Shown: positions 1 through 14,287, counted from the stretch's first letter. The stretch: DNA of 64,000 bases from Octopus vulgaris (GCA_951406725.2 OX597820.1:28520001-28584000), one strand, 5' to 3'. Notes: generated by a model not told the origin, from the sequence alone. Numbers and translations: made by a program.

Positions 1-1130
1 CTTAAAACTCCATAATGGGATAACTTAATATATAAAAATTATTAAGAATATTCTAAGCATATGGTTTAGAAGGGTGGATATATATATAAATGTGTGTGTG
101 TTTGTGTGTGTGTATGTATGTACATGTATGCATATGCGTGTGTGCGTGTGCGCGTGTGTGTGAGTATACATGAGCGTACATTAAGGCCTATTTTTATGTT
201 CAAATAGAAACAATTTTATATTAAACAAAAGTTTTAGCCAGTAATTTTGCTGCATTATAGTCCGATATTGGTAGAGACTTCGAAGATTTAACAAGCTAAC
301 CTATCATTGGACTGTGATATAGTCTCTGTTAAGTTAGAATTTTCTAGTGTACATTGAGCTCAATTGGATGATAACTGTGTTGTAGCGTAAATTCTGGTAG
401 TTAATATTTTATGGAATATTTTTATTGATTAAATTTGAGGTTGTGTTATTATTCAGAATTTATTCACGCAATATGACTTTGTAATTAGGTTTACTATTTA
501 AGGGTGTCAGCTTGAGATGATGATGAGAGTGTGTTTTAGGGATTCGCAAAAGAATGCAAGCAGTTGAAAGGATCTGTTGATCAGCAAATGTGTCACTAGG
601 TTTAGGTGCTTGTTTTATTTAGATGCTAGTGGGGAATATAACCTTTTACTTTGAGAATATGAAAGTTAAAATTCTGATTTCAGTCCAGCATTTAAACCTT
701 TTTAATTAGGTCTGTCACCTTTTAGTTATAGGAATTTCCAAAGGGCCGCATGAGAATTATGTTCCTGGTAAATTTTTAGTTGGTGACCGAGCTTCTTGTT
801 GATGTTATTGAGGATATTTTACCAGTTTGTATTGGGAATGTGGAGTATTATAATTTTAAGTATATCATAGTGTTGCTAGTGGAGAAATTTGTTTGTAATG
901 TGTTTTAATGTTCACAACAGGATTTAGGTAGCTGTAAAAGTTGTCGATCAACATATATCTCCCTCGGTGTTTATTCTTATACAAAGTTAGTTAATTACTC
1001 TTTTCAAATTTTAACCTTTCTGTTTGAGGGACGTGAATTCTTTGTGCTAATTTCATAAATGTCTTCAATTCGGCTCCAAGAGTAGGAATTTCTTTTATAT
1101 TGTATTCTTTTTTCGCCAAAGATATATATA

Positions 1131-1178
<48 letters not shown>

Positions 1179-1953
1179 TCGTGCGGGTGGTGTAGTTTCG
1201 TATGGGTTATATGATTTATTTATATCTCTTTATTCTTTTGACATTGAATTAGTTTTGTAGTTTACAAAGTTCTGCATGTTTATTTATTTACCAAATTATG
1301 TCTGTCTTCGATAGTACTAATCGCATTAATTTAGAACAAGGCGTTGATACAAAGCAGAATTATTGATTCAGTAACAAGATGTGCCGATAGATTGTATAAA
1401 AATAACTTTATATACAAGCTAATTATTCATTCCACCGGCAATCTGGGTGTCTCATTCTTTTTTGTGTTATTTTTTGAACAACATTATTTTCTTTCTTGTA
1501 TCTATAGCAGGAACCTACAGTACATGTTTTCACCTTGTTATTGAGAAATTTGACACCTGCCAATCATATTGTCTACGTCGTTTCTTTTGCCTGTCTACGA
1601 AATCATAAGAAATTTAAAATGTATAATACCTAAAACAATGTAACAGTAACATATTTCGCCCTGTAATCTTGAATATTTATACAAAAAATAAGTTTACTCG
1701 TGCACAAGTACATAAATCTATATATATGAGTACGCCTCTGTGTCTGTGTCTGTGTGTCCGCGCGCATTAATATTTGTGTGTATCTGTGTGTATCTATATA
1801 TATTTTTATATATGTATGTATATATATATATACATACATATATAAAAATATATATATATATATATATATACATACATACTAATATACTTGCTTGTTGTAC
1901 ATACACGTGTCATCGTCGTTTCTTTATAAATTCCAACTATATACACACATACG

Positions 1954-2010
<57 letters not shown>

Positions 2011-2129
2011 ATACATATATATATGTATAGGGTACAATATTAATGAGTGCGTGCGTAAAATAAATAATGTTTTCAGGATTAAATAAAAAGATAAGCGGAA
2101 AATATGACATACCTATATATATATATATA

Positions 2130-2204
<75 letters not shown>

Positions 2205-2939
2205 GAATGTATGTACGTATGTTTATATATGTATATACAAAAACGTTTAATAAAAAATAAACAAAAGAATATATACTATATACACAGCCGAACAGGAAGC
2301 ATAGGTTACCAACTCTTCATCGGTTATCGGCCAGAAGGTCAAACGCCATTTCAGCCATTATCGTTAATATTACTACCACTCTGGAAGCGTTGGCAAGAAA
2401 CGTGCCGGGAATGGGAACAAAACATTAGAAAACGAGATGAACTCGAGACGAGACTGTTATTAGACGGACGAGGGACAAAATAACCCGAATAGATTTTTCT
2501 CGATAATGGTGTGACAGACAGTAAATGAAGTGAGCGGTCGGCAGAAATGCTCCAAATTGAAATTGAAGGCTTCTAGCCTACAAGAGAGACTGGGTAAGTG
2601 GAAATACCCTTTTCAAAACACACATATATATATATACATATATCTATATATACAACCAAAGTATAAAAATAAGCAAGACAAATAAATATATACGAATAAA
2701 AAACGATTACTTATGTACTAATTAGTTTCACTTGTTAATATTTACGTATATTTACGTATATTTACGGTACTTTGTCCGTCTTTACGCTTTCAGTTCAACT
2801 TCTGCCGAGGCCGACTTTGTCTTTCATCCTTTCGAGATCGATATATCAAGTACCAGTGAAACACTAGGGTTGAAGTATTCGACTAGTCTCATTCTTGCTG
2901 TGCGTGAGATTAGTCCAGTTGTAGGGTGGTCTTGAGGTT

Positions 2940-3335
2940 CCTTTTATCTTGTTTGCTCGGATGCTAGATGTTATCACTCGATGGTCAGATGATACACGAA
3001 AGAAAGTGTTGTATGCTTTACAGTTGTGCAAGCTGTTAATCCACATTTTGTTGATAATAAGATAGTCTAGCTGAGCTTTGAATCCGTTTAGGAAAGTATG
3101 GGTCCACTTCTTTCCCGGTCTCTTCTGAAAACAAGGGTTCGGGCATTGGAGTTTTTTCTACCAAATGGGGTTCTAAGTTTTCTTCATTTCGGTTTGCGAT
3201 TTGACTGAACGAGTACTTATGATAGCGATTGTCATAGCCTAATTGTGCATTCATACCACAGCCAACGACGAGGATGTTGTGTTTCGGTATATATGACCTC
3301 TTGTTCATCGCTGATATTTGTTGGGATATAGCAGC
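2940..3335 (-). pseudogene. RTE-clade LINE fragment, AP-endonuclease region (frameshifted)
   Basis: Minus-strand frames read KHNILVVGCGMNAQLG...NRNEENLE and KAQLDYLIINKMWINS...SSDHRVITSSI, collinear with NFLVIAGDLNARLG...NRNGEML and RAQIDYLIFRKKWRNS...GSDHRIVSATV of the RTE ORF at 41624-44764. Confidence 0.75.
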
Positions 3336-3645
3336 CTCTCTTGGAATGAGCACCCAACAAAATAACGGTTATATGAGAATGTACCAACTCTCTCATCAAA
3401 CATCCAAGAGCGGATTGAGGTTTGATGGCCACTGCTGGAGAAGTAAAGAAGAACTTCTGAGTAATGTGTTGCTGTGGACACCAAACCATGGCACCACAGT
3501 GGCTGGAGGACCACGAAAGTCGTACATACAATAGCTTCCAGATATTGGATGCCAAATGGAAGACCTAAAGATAAAAATGGAAGACCGGGAGGGATGGAGA
3601 GAGGTAGTGAAGCTGGCCCAGGCAATCAGCATGCCTGGATGATGA
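3336..3645 (+). pseudogene. RTE-clade LINE 3' end fragment
   Basis: ORF 3274-3534 contains LRFDGHCWRSKEELLSNVLLWTP, matching VQFAGHCCRAEKEVISTLLLWKP of the intact RTE. It ends in GATGATGA, like the (GAT)n tail of the intact copy. Confidence 0.75.
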
Positions 3646-4084
3646 GCCCCCTTCCCCAATATTTTCTCTTAGATCACTGTTTTATATTTCTGCATGGAAT
3701 TTTGAATTGCCAGCCGATTATTTATTCTTGAAAAAATTGTAGCCAGTATTCCTAGCCTCCGCCGGTTATACTTCTTCATAAATTTCATTTTATAATTCGA
3801 TCTAGACAGTTCTAATTACGGAATCATGCTACATTGTTGGAACGATATTTAACTAAAACCGTAAGGGAATGTCTTCTGGGAAAACTGTTTATAATTCACT
3901 AAGAAGAGCCATCAACTACCACCGCTGTATGTCTTCTAGCTTTAATATTCCTGGTTAAGCTATTTTTCAGAGTAACACGTAACATCATTTTAGTTACATG
4001 TATAATAAACTTTCGAAATTTCCGGAAGACATATGCAAATATAAAATCTATAAAGACCTACTAACACCTTATAGAAGCAGGCAT

Positions 4085-4585
4085 GTTTGTGTAGGTACAA
4101 GCTGATTGTGCTACCATGTAGCTTCATGTTCAGTCCCAATGCGCAGCACGTTGGACAAATGCCTTCTGACATAGCTCCGGACCGACCTATTCCCTGTAGG
4201 TGAATTTAGTTGAGGGAGACTGTGGAAGCCCACTGTACGTACATATATACATAAGCACTCCACGCGCACACACACTCATATACATCTGTATATACAAATT
4301 CATATATATATATATATATATATATGTATATTTATACACACACACACATATATATACAGTTGTGAGTCTATGTGAATGCGTGTCTGTGTTTGCCATCTCA
4401 ACCCACTGTATAGTTTGTTTACGCTTCTTGTGCATTAAGGTGTCGACAAAATTGAGTGGTGAAATAAATACCGGTCTTTAAGTGTAATTACCGTGGGCGA
4501 TTTGCTCAACTAAAACACTTGAAGGCGGTGCCCTAAACTAGCGGAAGTTCAATGAATGAAACACATAGAAGATAAAAGACGTAAG
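4085..4585 (+). mobile_element. Degenerate tRNA-headed SINE, family A
   Basis: GTTCAGTCCCAATGCG B-box region, internal (TA)/(CA) tract and GGCGGTGCCC...TGAAAC tail align by eye with the better copies at 18081 and 60945. Confidence 0.6.
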
Positions 4586-6022
4586 ATAATGTTTGATATC
4601 TGCTTCTGGTATCATGTCTTCATTTTTCTTTAATCATGATATTATTCGATAAATGTGAATAACTAGAGACAATATTAACGAGAATCGATTACCTTTGAAA
4701 GCGCGTGTCTCAGATTGAAAGCAAGGCGTTTGATCATGTATACAAGCAAGTGCAACAAATGTTCCCAGCATAGGCCAACATGAAAAACAAATCTTTAAGT
4801 GCAGATCAAATAAAAAGGGCTGAGCGAAAAACGTTTCAGATAATTACAATTTCACTGGTACTGTAAAAGGAACAAATAGCAAGACTTTAGATGAAACAAT
4901 TATTATTGGAAGGAAAAGCAAGAGGGAGAAGAATTCCAAAATGTAAATTTATAAAAAGATATTAAGTAGTTCATGCGATGGCGAGTGTGATCTTTGGTAA
5001 ACACATTGACAAATGTTGTTTCGTATTTATTAGACTTCTTCAGCGAAGCTGAATCTTTTTTGTAGTTTCGCCATACCATACATCAGTCAAAAACATAATA
5101 GATATTTAGTATACGTTCTCAAATGAAGTCACTGCTAGCGTAATTATTTGAGGAATAATCAGCAATGCGCTCTCCACGAAAATCTTCTAATCAAATCAAT
5201 TTTACTTCGAATGTAGAGTTAATATATTTGTTAAACTTATTTTTCATGAATCATATAAATATTCCTAAAATAAATATCTAATAATATTTTCCACTACTTT
5301 GAAGTCCTGGAGATGGTCCTCTGACATTGGACTAAGAAGATTTTAGTTGTTCGACAAAATGAACCCATTTCTCCTGAGCATTACACAGAAACCTATAACG
5401 TACATTTTCAAATAGAATCAGTGTGACGCAGTTACAAGACTGTAACAATTGACTTACAGGAAAATCTACCCTACAGATTTCTATACATTTTCCCTCTGCC
5501 CAGTTTCATTCATGATGTAACGTAGAGTTACATTAACTGGAGCTGTAAAAAATTTAAATTGCTTGAGACAGCACGCACTAAGATCGAACCATGTATTTCG
5601 TAAATGCCAAGCAAGCGTCTTAACTATTCGGTCATACTGCGTTTACGCCATGTAATAGAGGAGATAAAAATATACACCTATTGCGGTAGAGAACGCGAAT
5701 CTCTTGTTGCTATATGTCTCTCAGAAAAGTAAAGTTCTCGGTTTCTTCAGTTATATATAACGAACGTGATGTAGAATTAACCGTCGAATACAATAAGAAT
5801 ACATTCTACCAGTGTGGTGGAATGGTTAAGAAATGCGCTTCGCAATTATGTGTCTCGGTTTCGATACAGCTACGTAGTAACTTGGACAAGTAGAATTTTT
5901 CAGAGTCACGCGTTGACCAGTAACTTGCGAGTGAAATTCGATAGACAGAAACTATATGGAAGTGTGCTGAAAGGATTACACCTGTAATTGAGAGTAATTA
6001 GCATATACTGTGTCACCCAAAT

Positions 6023-6390
6023 AGTGGAGGCGCAATGGCCCAGTGGTTAGGGCAGCGGACTCGCGGTTGGAGGATCGCGGTTTCGATTCCCAGACCGGGA
6101 AAACACCTAAAAAAAGCTCCACGAGGCTCCGGCAGGGGGTCGTGGTGATCCCTGCTGTACTCTTTCACCACAACTTTCTCTCACTCTTACTTCCTGTTTC
6201 TGTTGTACCTGTATTTCAAGGGGCCGGCCTTGTCACTCTCTGTGTCATGCTGAATACCCCCGAGAACTACGTTAAGGGTGCATGTGTCTGTGGAGTGCTC
6301 AGCCACTTACACCTTAATTTCACGAGCAGGCTGTTCCGTTGATTCGGATCAACCGGAACCCTCATCGTCGTAACCGACGGAGTGCTTCCA
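6023..6390 (+). mobile_element. tRNA-derived SINE, family C
   Basis: Head GTGGAGGCGCAATGGCCCAGTGGTTAGG (A box) and GGTTTCGATTCCC (B box). The body GCTCCGGCAGGGGG...CCCTGCTGTACTCTTT recurs at 26505-26600. Confidence 0.75.
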
Positions 6391-8019
6391 TTTTAGTCAC
6401 ATAAATTCCACTCTGAAAATTATATTAAGATTAAAACGGTCTGAGGAATACTCAGCTAGATATACGCTGAATTAATGAGCCAGAGAGTTCAGTTAATCAG
6501 ACAACTAAACATCTATCGCCCGAAATTCTATGCGACACACATTTCACATTAACACAGCAAAGGATTTCGCCAAGATTTTTGCTGACGGTCTAGGAATTAC
6601 TAGAATGCTCTGTTTAAAAGTCTTTTACTAAGAAACCTAAATTTGAAGCTCATCTAGATAGATAGATTCATGAATAGATAGACAGACAGACAGACAGAAA
6701 GACAGACAGATAGATAATATAAAATGCTGAAATATTCAAAGAATCCATTAAAATCTTCTGTCCCTCACTAGTAACATAATCGGAAGAAAACCACATTCAG
6801 CTTTCACGTTTACGTTTTATCTTTGATTTGACTTATTCATTGGGCAGCGGTTATGTTGGAACATGGACTTGGAACGTTCAGTCTAACAATATACAATGCA
6901 ATGGCTGAGGAAGCAGCCACACTGGAAATCGAGCTGAGAAAACATTATTCTACATAGACATACTTTGTGATGCATTAGTAAAGTCTATGATTTTCATTCC
7001 CATGCTTTTATTGATATTATTATAATTATCGTAGGCGGAAAGTGTTCCGTGTATACCCACACCATCCGTTTACCCTGAGGGATGGAATTAACAGCTAGTA
7101 GCCGACAACAAGGAGCATAGAAACTTTTAGGAGCGCATTACGAGCCTTTTGCCTAAAATATACTAAATCTCACTCTTACACTATCTCTCACTCCTTCTCT
7201 CTTCCCCTCTCTCTCTATGTATGTATATATATATATATATATATACGGATGGGTTCCACACGTTCTCAGTCTTCCAAATTCACTTACAATAAAGGGATAG
7301 GCTCATAGTGGGTTTGAAACCTGAAACCAGAATTTTAATAAAAATAGACATGCCTGTAGATATCAGGAATATAACACGCCTTATATCAGTGAGAAAGTCT
7401 TCACGTATTCTTAACTTCATAAAACTAGTTAAATAATCTATGACGCCCAAGACTATTCAAGCATTTGAATGTACACGGTTTAACAAACATTTTGCCATAG
7501 AAGATAAAACTGGTTATCAGCCCAATATTTCTGAAGTTCGCGGAGATGAAAGAGAAACAGTACTTTGCATATGATCTGATAACATATATTCCTGAAATAT
7601 AAAACAATTTAAGATATTATATCATCATAGAATGGCCAAATATTTCCTGTCCTACTTATCTGTTTACTTAGCTGGCAGGGCTTCAGATATAAATGACTAT
7701 ATGTGTTGAAGGCATGAACGAATTACTGGAAAATGACACTTAATTAGGTGAATTACACTGCTGAGATTTTGTAGAACACGCAATAATACACCAGACTTCG
7801 ATCGATGAAATGAAATAAAGAAAAATTGTAAAATAGGATGAAATCTTTTATTCAAAGCATCAATAAAGGTTCAATTACTAGAACCTTAATAGTGCCCAGG
7901 CGCTGATATTTGTATTGTGGTTTGCTTCGTTGTTGTGGTTGGCATTGTTATATTAGCAAAGGAAGAAAGTTAACACATACATATATAAACACACACACAC
8001 ATACAAACACACACACACG

Positions 8020-8128
<109 letters not shown>

Positions 8129-8319
8129 ATATATACAGGATTAAACGAGAGTAGTAAAATGAACCCGAATGCTCTCATAAGCTAGGTAAAAAACAGGAAA
8201 GATTATACATATATATAAGGTTAAACACACAGTTAAATTAATTATAATATTTGTATAACTATGTATATATATATATATATGTATATACGTATATAATAAT
8301 AATAATAATAATAATAATA

Positions 8320-9285
8320 TTTTGAATGATAAATGGCAAGAAAAACCTCTCAATGGCAAATACCCAAAGAGAGCGAATAATGCAGATGTTGACAAAGCCC
8401 TGACCCACCAATGGCTAATGGCCTCTGGTTTAAAATCTGAAATAGAACGGTTTATCATGGCAGCTCAAGATCAATGCCTACCAACAAGAAACTACCGGGC
8501 CAACATATTAATGAACGGCAGTCGCCCAACATGTCGTGTATGTCAACAACAAAATGAAACCATTGATCATTTTGTCTCCAAGTGCAGTCTTCTAGCGCCT
8601 ACAGAGTATCTCAACAGGCATGATAGAGCTGCACAATATATTCACTGGGTAATTTACAAAAACCTGGATTTGCCCCGTGAAAAAAATTGGTGGGAACACA
8701 AACCACCTCCACTGCTTGAAAATGACCACATCTCACTCCTCTGGAACTTCACCATTCAAGCTGACAGAAAGATAGATGCAACTAGGCCAGACATCATATT
8801 AAAAGACTTCAGACAAAGAACATGCCTCCTCATTGATATGACTGTCCCAATCAATATAAACGTATCTGTCAAGACCTACCAAAAACTGAGCAACTATAAA
8901 GATCTTGAAATAGAAATCAGCAAAATGTGGAACCTGAAGACTAAAACAATACCTTTTGTCATAGGTGCCCTGGGAATGATAGCAAAAGGGGCTGATTGCT
9001 ACCTAACTCAGATACCAGAAAACCCAAAAATGGCAGAAATTCAAAAGATAGTGCTCATGGGAAGTGCTCATATCATACGCAAAATACTTTCTATGTAATC
9101 ACAAGGTTTAAAACAAGCATAATTTTCGGGTTTTTTTAGACATTCACTAGTACAACACCAAAAAAAAAACTAAATATATGACACACTAGGCATAACAACA
9201 ACATGAACTTCCAACCTGTTGTCTCTTGACATCTCTGAGTGAGACGTGGAGCCAACTTGTACAAATATAAAGCAAAAGTCAAACA

Positions 9286-9378
<93 letters not shown>
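8320..9378 (+). mobile_element. R4/Dong-like LINE 3' fragment with 3' UTR, flanked by (AAT)n
   Basis: (AAT)n at about 8293-8319 and 9287-9377 brackets the ORF and a roughly 190-bp UTR. Confidence 0.75.
8322..9098 (+). pseudogene. 5'-truncated R4/Dong-like non-LTR retrotransposon ORF (zinc knuckle plus restriction-like endonuclease)
   Basis: CRVC...ETIDHFVSKC zinc knuckle, RHD motif, RPDIILKD...LIDMTVP...K..NYKDL PD-(D/E)xK endonuclease, and IPFVIGALG C-terminus. Confidence 0.85.
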
Positions 9379-9380
<2 letters not shown>

Positions 9381-9632
9381 GATTGGCTACAGCAAATATT
9401 CTACTCAATACCACAGATTTGCTTGTCAGTTGTTTGACCATAACCAGTTGAGCATGTCCCTTAGTGGCTGACGATATGTGCATCACTGATCATGAGCACA
9501 AGTAATTGGAGAGCATCATAGCCATGTGTTGAGAAGGATTCTTTGGGGTTTGAATAAGTCACCTCCGGAAACATTGGTGTTTCGTTCAACATTCTTAAAC
9601 AATACTTATTCAGGGACCTTTTGAACGGGATG
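9379..9632 (+). repeat. Unclassified interspersed repeat, partial copy
   Basis: AAAGATTGGCTACAGCAAATATTCT...CTTATTCAGGGACCTTTTGAACGGGATG aligns with 51521-51775. Confidence 0.75.
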
Positions 9633-11109
9633 TTCTTATGTTGGGAACATGTCAAATAATGAATTACAACGTGTAACATTCCAACACAGTCATCAGGAAG
9701 AAAGCACATAGTATAATTCACTGAAACTGAATGATAGCAGAAACGGGAAAAGCCGATGAGGAATTATGTAGAAAGTGAGTAAGGATAAGAAAAACGGAAA
9801 ACAAAATATAAACCCAAAGATCGTCAGAAATAATTAAAAGTGTAAAATAGTTATATCTCCTGGACCTTATATCATAAGGCTTGAAAGAATATTGACAAGT
9901 AAATAAGGTATAGGCGAAATTTACCAATTTTGCAAAAGGATCCTAGGTATAAGTTTACCACCGCTGAAAATTTCAGCAGTGGTAAATTTATTGTGCAATA
10001 GCGAGTTAGGGATCTCAGATATGAAAAGGATCTGAGCTCTTTCAGTTTATGCATTGCTTACGTTTATTTGACCCATTAACATAAGGTAATGAGTTTTCAA
10101 TTATTTTCCGCTTAACTGTACACATGATCCAATATAGGTTTTCTTATCGGTTGTATTATCATCTAGCATTACAGTAACTTCTGTTTCATATATGACTAAG
10201 TTCCTTTGTTTGTTGCATGCTTGAAGAGATGAGGGGAATTTGCCATCAGCATCATGCGCCTGTTGTTGAGGGTCACTTTAAGTGCTTTCAGTTTCACAGG
10301 AGATGCTAATCATTAATCGGTCCACTCCCGAGTGAAACAATGTGCTGCAGGCGCAGGAGGACGAATACCTGGGAGCGACAATGTCATCACTTTTGATGGC
10401 CTGTCATATACATGTAAATATATAGACACAAATACAAACACACACACACACATATAAACACACACAAACACACACACAGACACACACACACGCACACACA
10501 GACAGACACAAACAAACAAACAAACACACATACACCTGCTTATCTCGGACTATTCTTCTCCTTCACTCTAGATTTTTCCTCTTTCCAATTTATGACGAAG
10601 AACCGAGCTCGAAACGTCACACACGAACTCCTTTTTCCATATTAAACTTTGAGCGTGAATCTAATACATTTATTGTATACGCATTTTTGACTTTTGTTGT
10701 TTTTTCTGTTTGTGCTTTATTTTTGATTTACATAGATATATACATATATTTATATACACATATATGCTTGTGTTGCACATAGGTATTTACGTACATATTC
10801 TCATATTCATGTACATAAAGTATGTATATTAAGCAATAAATTCACATTTATCCGCTTATAGGTTTACAAAGTTTCATTAATATATTTCCTCATTTACGAT
10901 GTAAAGACATAAATCTTGACCGAAAAGTCTTGAAATATGCCGAGCCATGCACACACACATATATACACACACTCACGCACGCACACAAACACACACATAT
11001 TCACATACACGTACACACATATATTTTATATGTCTGTATCTGTGCATAAGTATATATATCAAATATTCTACATATATATATATTCGTGTACATATATATA
11101 CATATATAC

Positions 11110-11141
<32 letters not shown>

Positions 11142-11577
11142 GCAGTAAATATGCAATAAAATATTTCCCCTCTAGATATTTACGACCAAATGATTTCAGT
11201 TGCCATGGAAGCTTAATATCCTATAATGCTGTAAGGAGCCAAATCATAACTGATAGCTCGTATCTCTGCATCGACCATTTTTTCCTGCAGTTTGAGGCAT
11301 ATTTCAATATTCAACAGATTCAAATAATTGAAGAAATTCGAAGGTTTAAATGTTTATTAAATTATCAAAGTCATTATATTATGCAAATATATTACCCTAC
11401 GATTGTGTATATCGTTATATATGCACCCATATCTACGTGAAAATATATATATGCATAGGCATATGTGTGTGTGTTGGGGTATATATATATATAAAGTTTA
11501 CATCCATATGTTTCTACTTAAGTATGTGGGTATATATCTGAGGTTCTCAAATACATACGCACATACACCTCCCAGAT

Positions 11578-12713
11578 ATATACTCAGACAAGCACAAACT
11601 TATATAATTAGAAAAAAGCCCACATATATACAAAGAAATCCTCAACTCATACAAATACATACATCCATACTAAGATATACACTAGATTATGTCGGTATGT
11701 GCATGACTAAATACATATGCACAAACTATAATGTGCATAATGATTAACTATGTTAATATGATGCACATACATATGTGTATACACATATCTATATCTTGTA
11801 TGTTCTTGTATTTATATGTTCCCACACACATGCACGCATAGTTACACAAACGTGCGCGCATACGTACACATGAATACATGTTATCACACACACATATAAT
11901 ATATATATATGTATATATATATATCTATACTTATATATATATATATATATATATATAAGTATAGATATATATGTATGCATAACCCTATATGCATATACAT
12001 TCTTAAACATGTACATGTACAAGGGTGTATTTCAATGGGGTAAACATGAATATTTAAATCAAAATCGTTGAGAAATTAAGCGACATATTTGGATAATAAA
12101 TACTTGAAAATCGATAAACTGAAAAGAAAACCCTAGTAAATTAGACATGGCTGAAAATATACGTGCGTATATTAACGCATAGCGTACAATATACTAATTT
12201 TATCTTATATAAGTGTTTGGAAGTAAGGCGCATTATAAAATAATTTCGACATCAACTTATTTAATCATTCTTTTGTTTTCTTAGGTAATCTGTTTAACAC
12301 TAGATAAAAATATCCATTATATTCGAAATTAATACTTTTTGTGAATTTGCGAGTGCTTTTGTGTGTTTCTGTTTGTGTTTTGGGTGTGTTAATGTGTTTG
12401 TGCCTATGTTTGTGTGTGTGCACGGCTGCTGTATGTGTATGTATGCATGTGTGTGTCTGTATCTGTATGCATGTGTGAGGTCAGGAGTGTGCGTGCATGT
12501 GTGCATTTTTGTCTGTGTGTGTGAGTGTGTACATATATTGATTCATACACGCACCCATACAAATAAACTTTTTTTATATATCTATTATATATTTGGACGA
12601 TATATGTATACGTATATGCATGTATATATTCATGTCTAAAGATTATAAATCTCTCTTTTTCTCTCACTCTCTTGCTCTCTCTCTCTCTCTCTCTGTACAT
12701 ATTCACACACACA

Positions 12714-12760
<47 letters not shown>

Positions 12761-12851
12761 CATAATATATATATGTATGCATGTATATATATATATATAT
12801 ATATATATACATGCATACGTATATATTTATACGCATACATATGTATACTCT

Positions 12852-12915
<64 letters not shown>

Positions 12916-13225
12916 CATACATATATATATATATACATATACATACATACATACATATATACATACATACATAAATGTATATGTATTCATATGTATACAT
13001 ATAGATATAGATATACGTATACACGTATGTATATGTGCATCATATTCACATAGTTATACATTATGCTCATTATAGTTTGTGCGTATGTATTTAGACATGC
13101 ACATACCGACATAATTTAGTGTATGTCTTAATATGGATGTATGTATTTGTATGAGTAGAGGATTTGTTTCTATGTGTGTGGCCTTTTTTTTAAAATTATA
13201 TATGCTTGTGCTTGTCTGAGTATAT
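11578..13225. repeat. Diverged inverted repeat, arms about 11578-11795 and 13004-13225
   Basis: TACTCAGACAAGCACAA...TTATGTCGGTATGTGCATG...CACAAACTATAATG is the reverse complement of CATTATAGTTTGTG...CATGCACATACCGACATAA...TTGTGCTTGTCTGAGTA. Confidence 0.85.
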
Positions 13226-13890
13226 GTGTAATACGACCCTTGCTTTCAGCGCATATTGACTTACTGTCTGATTACGTTACGCAATCAACACTGGTAATGT
13301 AATTGGTGATTGATCTATAGAAATTCTTTGTTAATTATTCTCTCTATCGAGTCTAAACATATGATAGCCATTAAATTCGATAACGGATATTAAGAATAAA
13401 AACAACACTGCACAATACAAAGCAACATCACAAACGAACTAGAAACAGCGAATATAATATACACCTAGAACAAAATATAAAACATCTTTAAAAAGATATA
13501 TATGCATTTCATTAATTTGATTTCAGTAAATAATAGAACGCAGAAGTAAATACAAAGATAAAAAGCAAAAAGAAAATAAAATGTATATAATGGATATAAT
13601 AAAGATTGAGAACAAACAATTTTTGTATATTGTTTATTAGTGAAAATTTGTTTTGCTTTGCTTTCATAACGATTTGAATCGCATTAAGGTTTGTATAATT
13701 CCGCCCTTAACAATCGATTCTTTTCGTTGTGCCTTTCTTGTCCTTTCGCGTCTTTTAAAAATATGGCTTCTCTGACGTTCAAAACCCAAAAAAAAAATCA
13801 GATGATTTATGCACAAAACCTTCAGCCTTCACTGTCTTAGAAATACAATTATATCGCTCCACCGCCCACTAGTTCACATTTGGAATCTAG

Positions 13891-13946
<56 letters not shown>

Positions 13947-14287
13947 ATATATTATAACCTGATATTAGAACTCAATATACATATGCTACAGGAGAAATCG
14001 CTAGTCGTGTATAGGGCGTAATAACATTATATAATGAAAAGTTAGAAGAAATAATATAATGAATTTCATTCGCTCACAAGTGTTTCTGCAATAAGATGTA
14101 ATGCGCTATTTAAGTGCATTGTGTCTTATAGCAGAAAAGCCTGTAAGATAATGTCGTTCATTATATACTTTCTTGTTCCATTGTTATTTATATAATGTAA
14201 TGCATACACAGACACACACGCGCATAAAAACACAAACACACATACAGATCCTAGGTCAAATTCTGCCAAGTTCAACTCTATCTAAAG

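Noticed and set aside
180-1120. Possible degraded Penelope-like coding remnant on the minus strand
   Set aside because: Only vague resemblance, many stops and no diagnostic motif; needs a profile search.
6023-6098. tRNA gene
   Set aside because: A and B boxes are present, but it continues into a repeat body with no acceptor-stem closure or terminator, so it is a SINE head.
10290-10410. Possible exon after TTTCACAG or a conserved regulatory element
   Set aside because: No convincing donor site or recognisable peptide; cannot be supported without alignment data.
10588-10622. Hammerhead-like ATGACGA...GCTCGAAACGTC
   Set aside because: C3 and stems I and II are broken; at most a decayed Penelope LTR relic.
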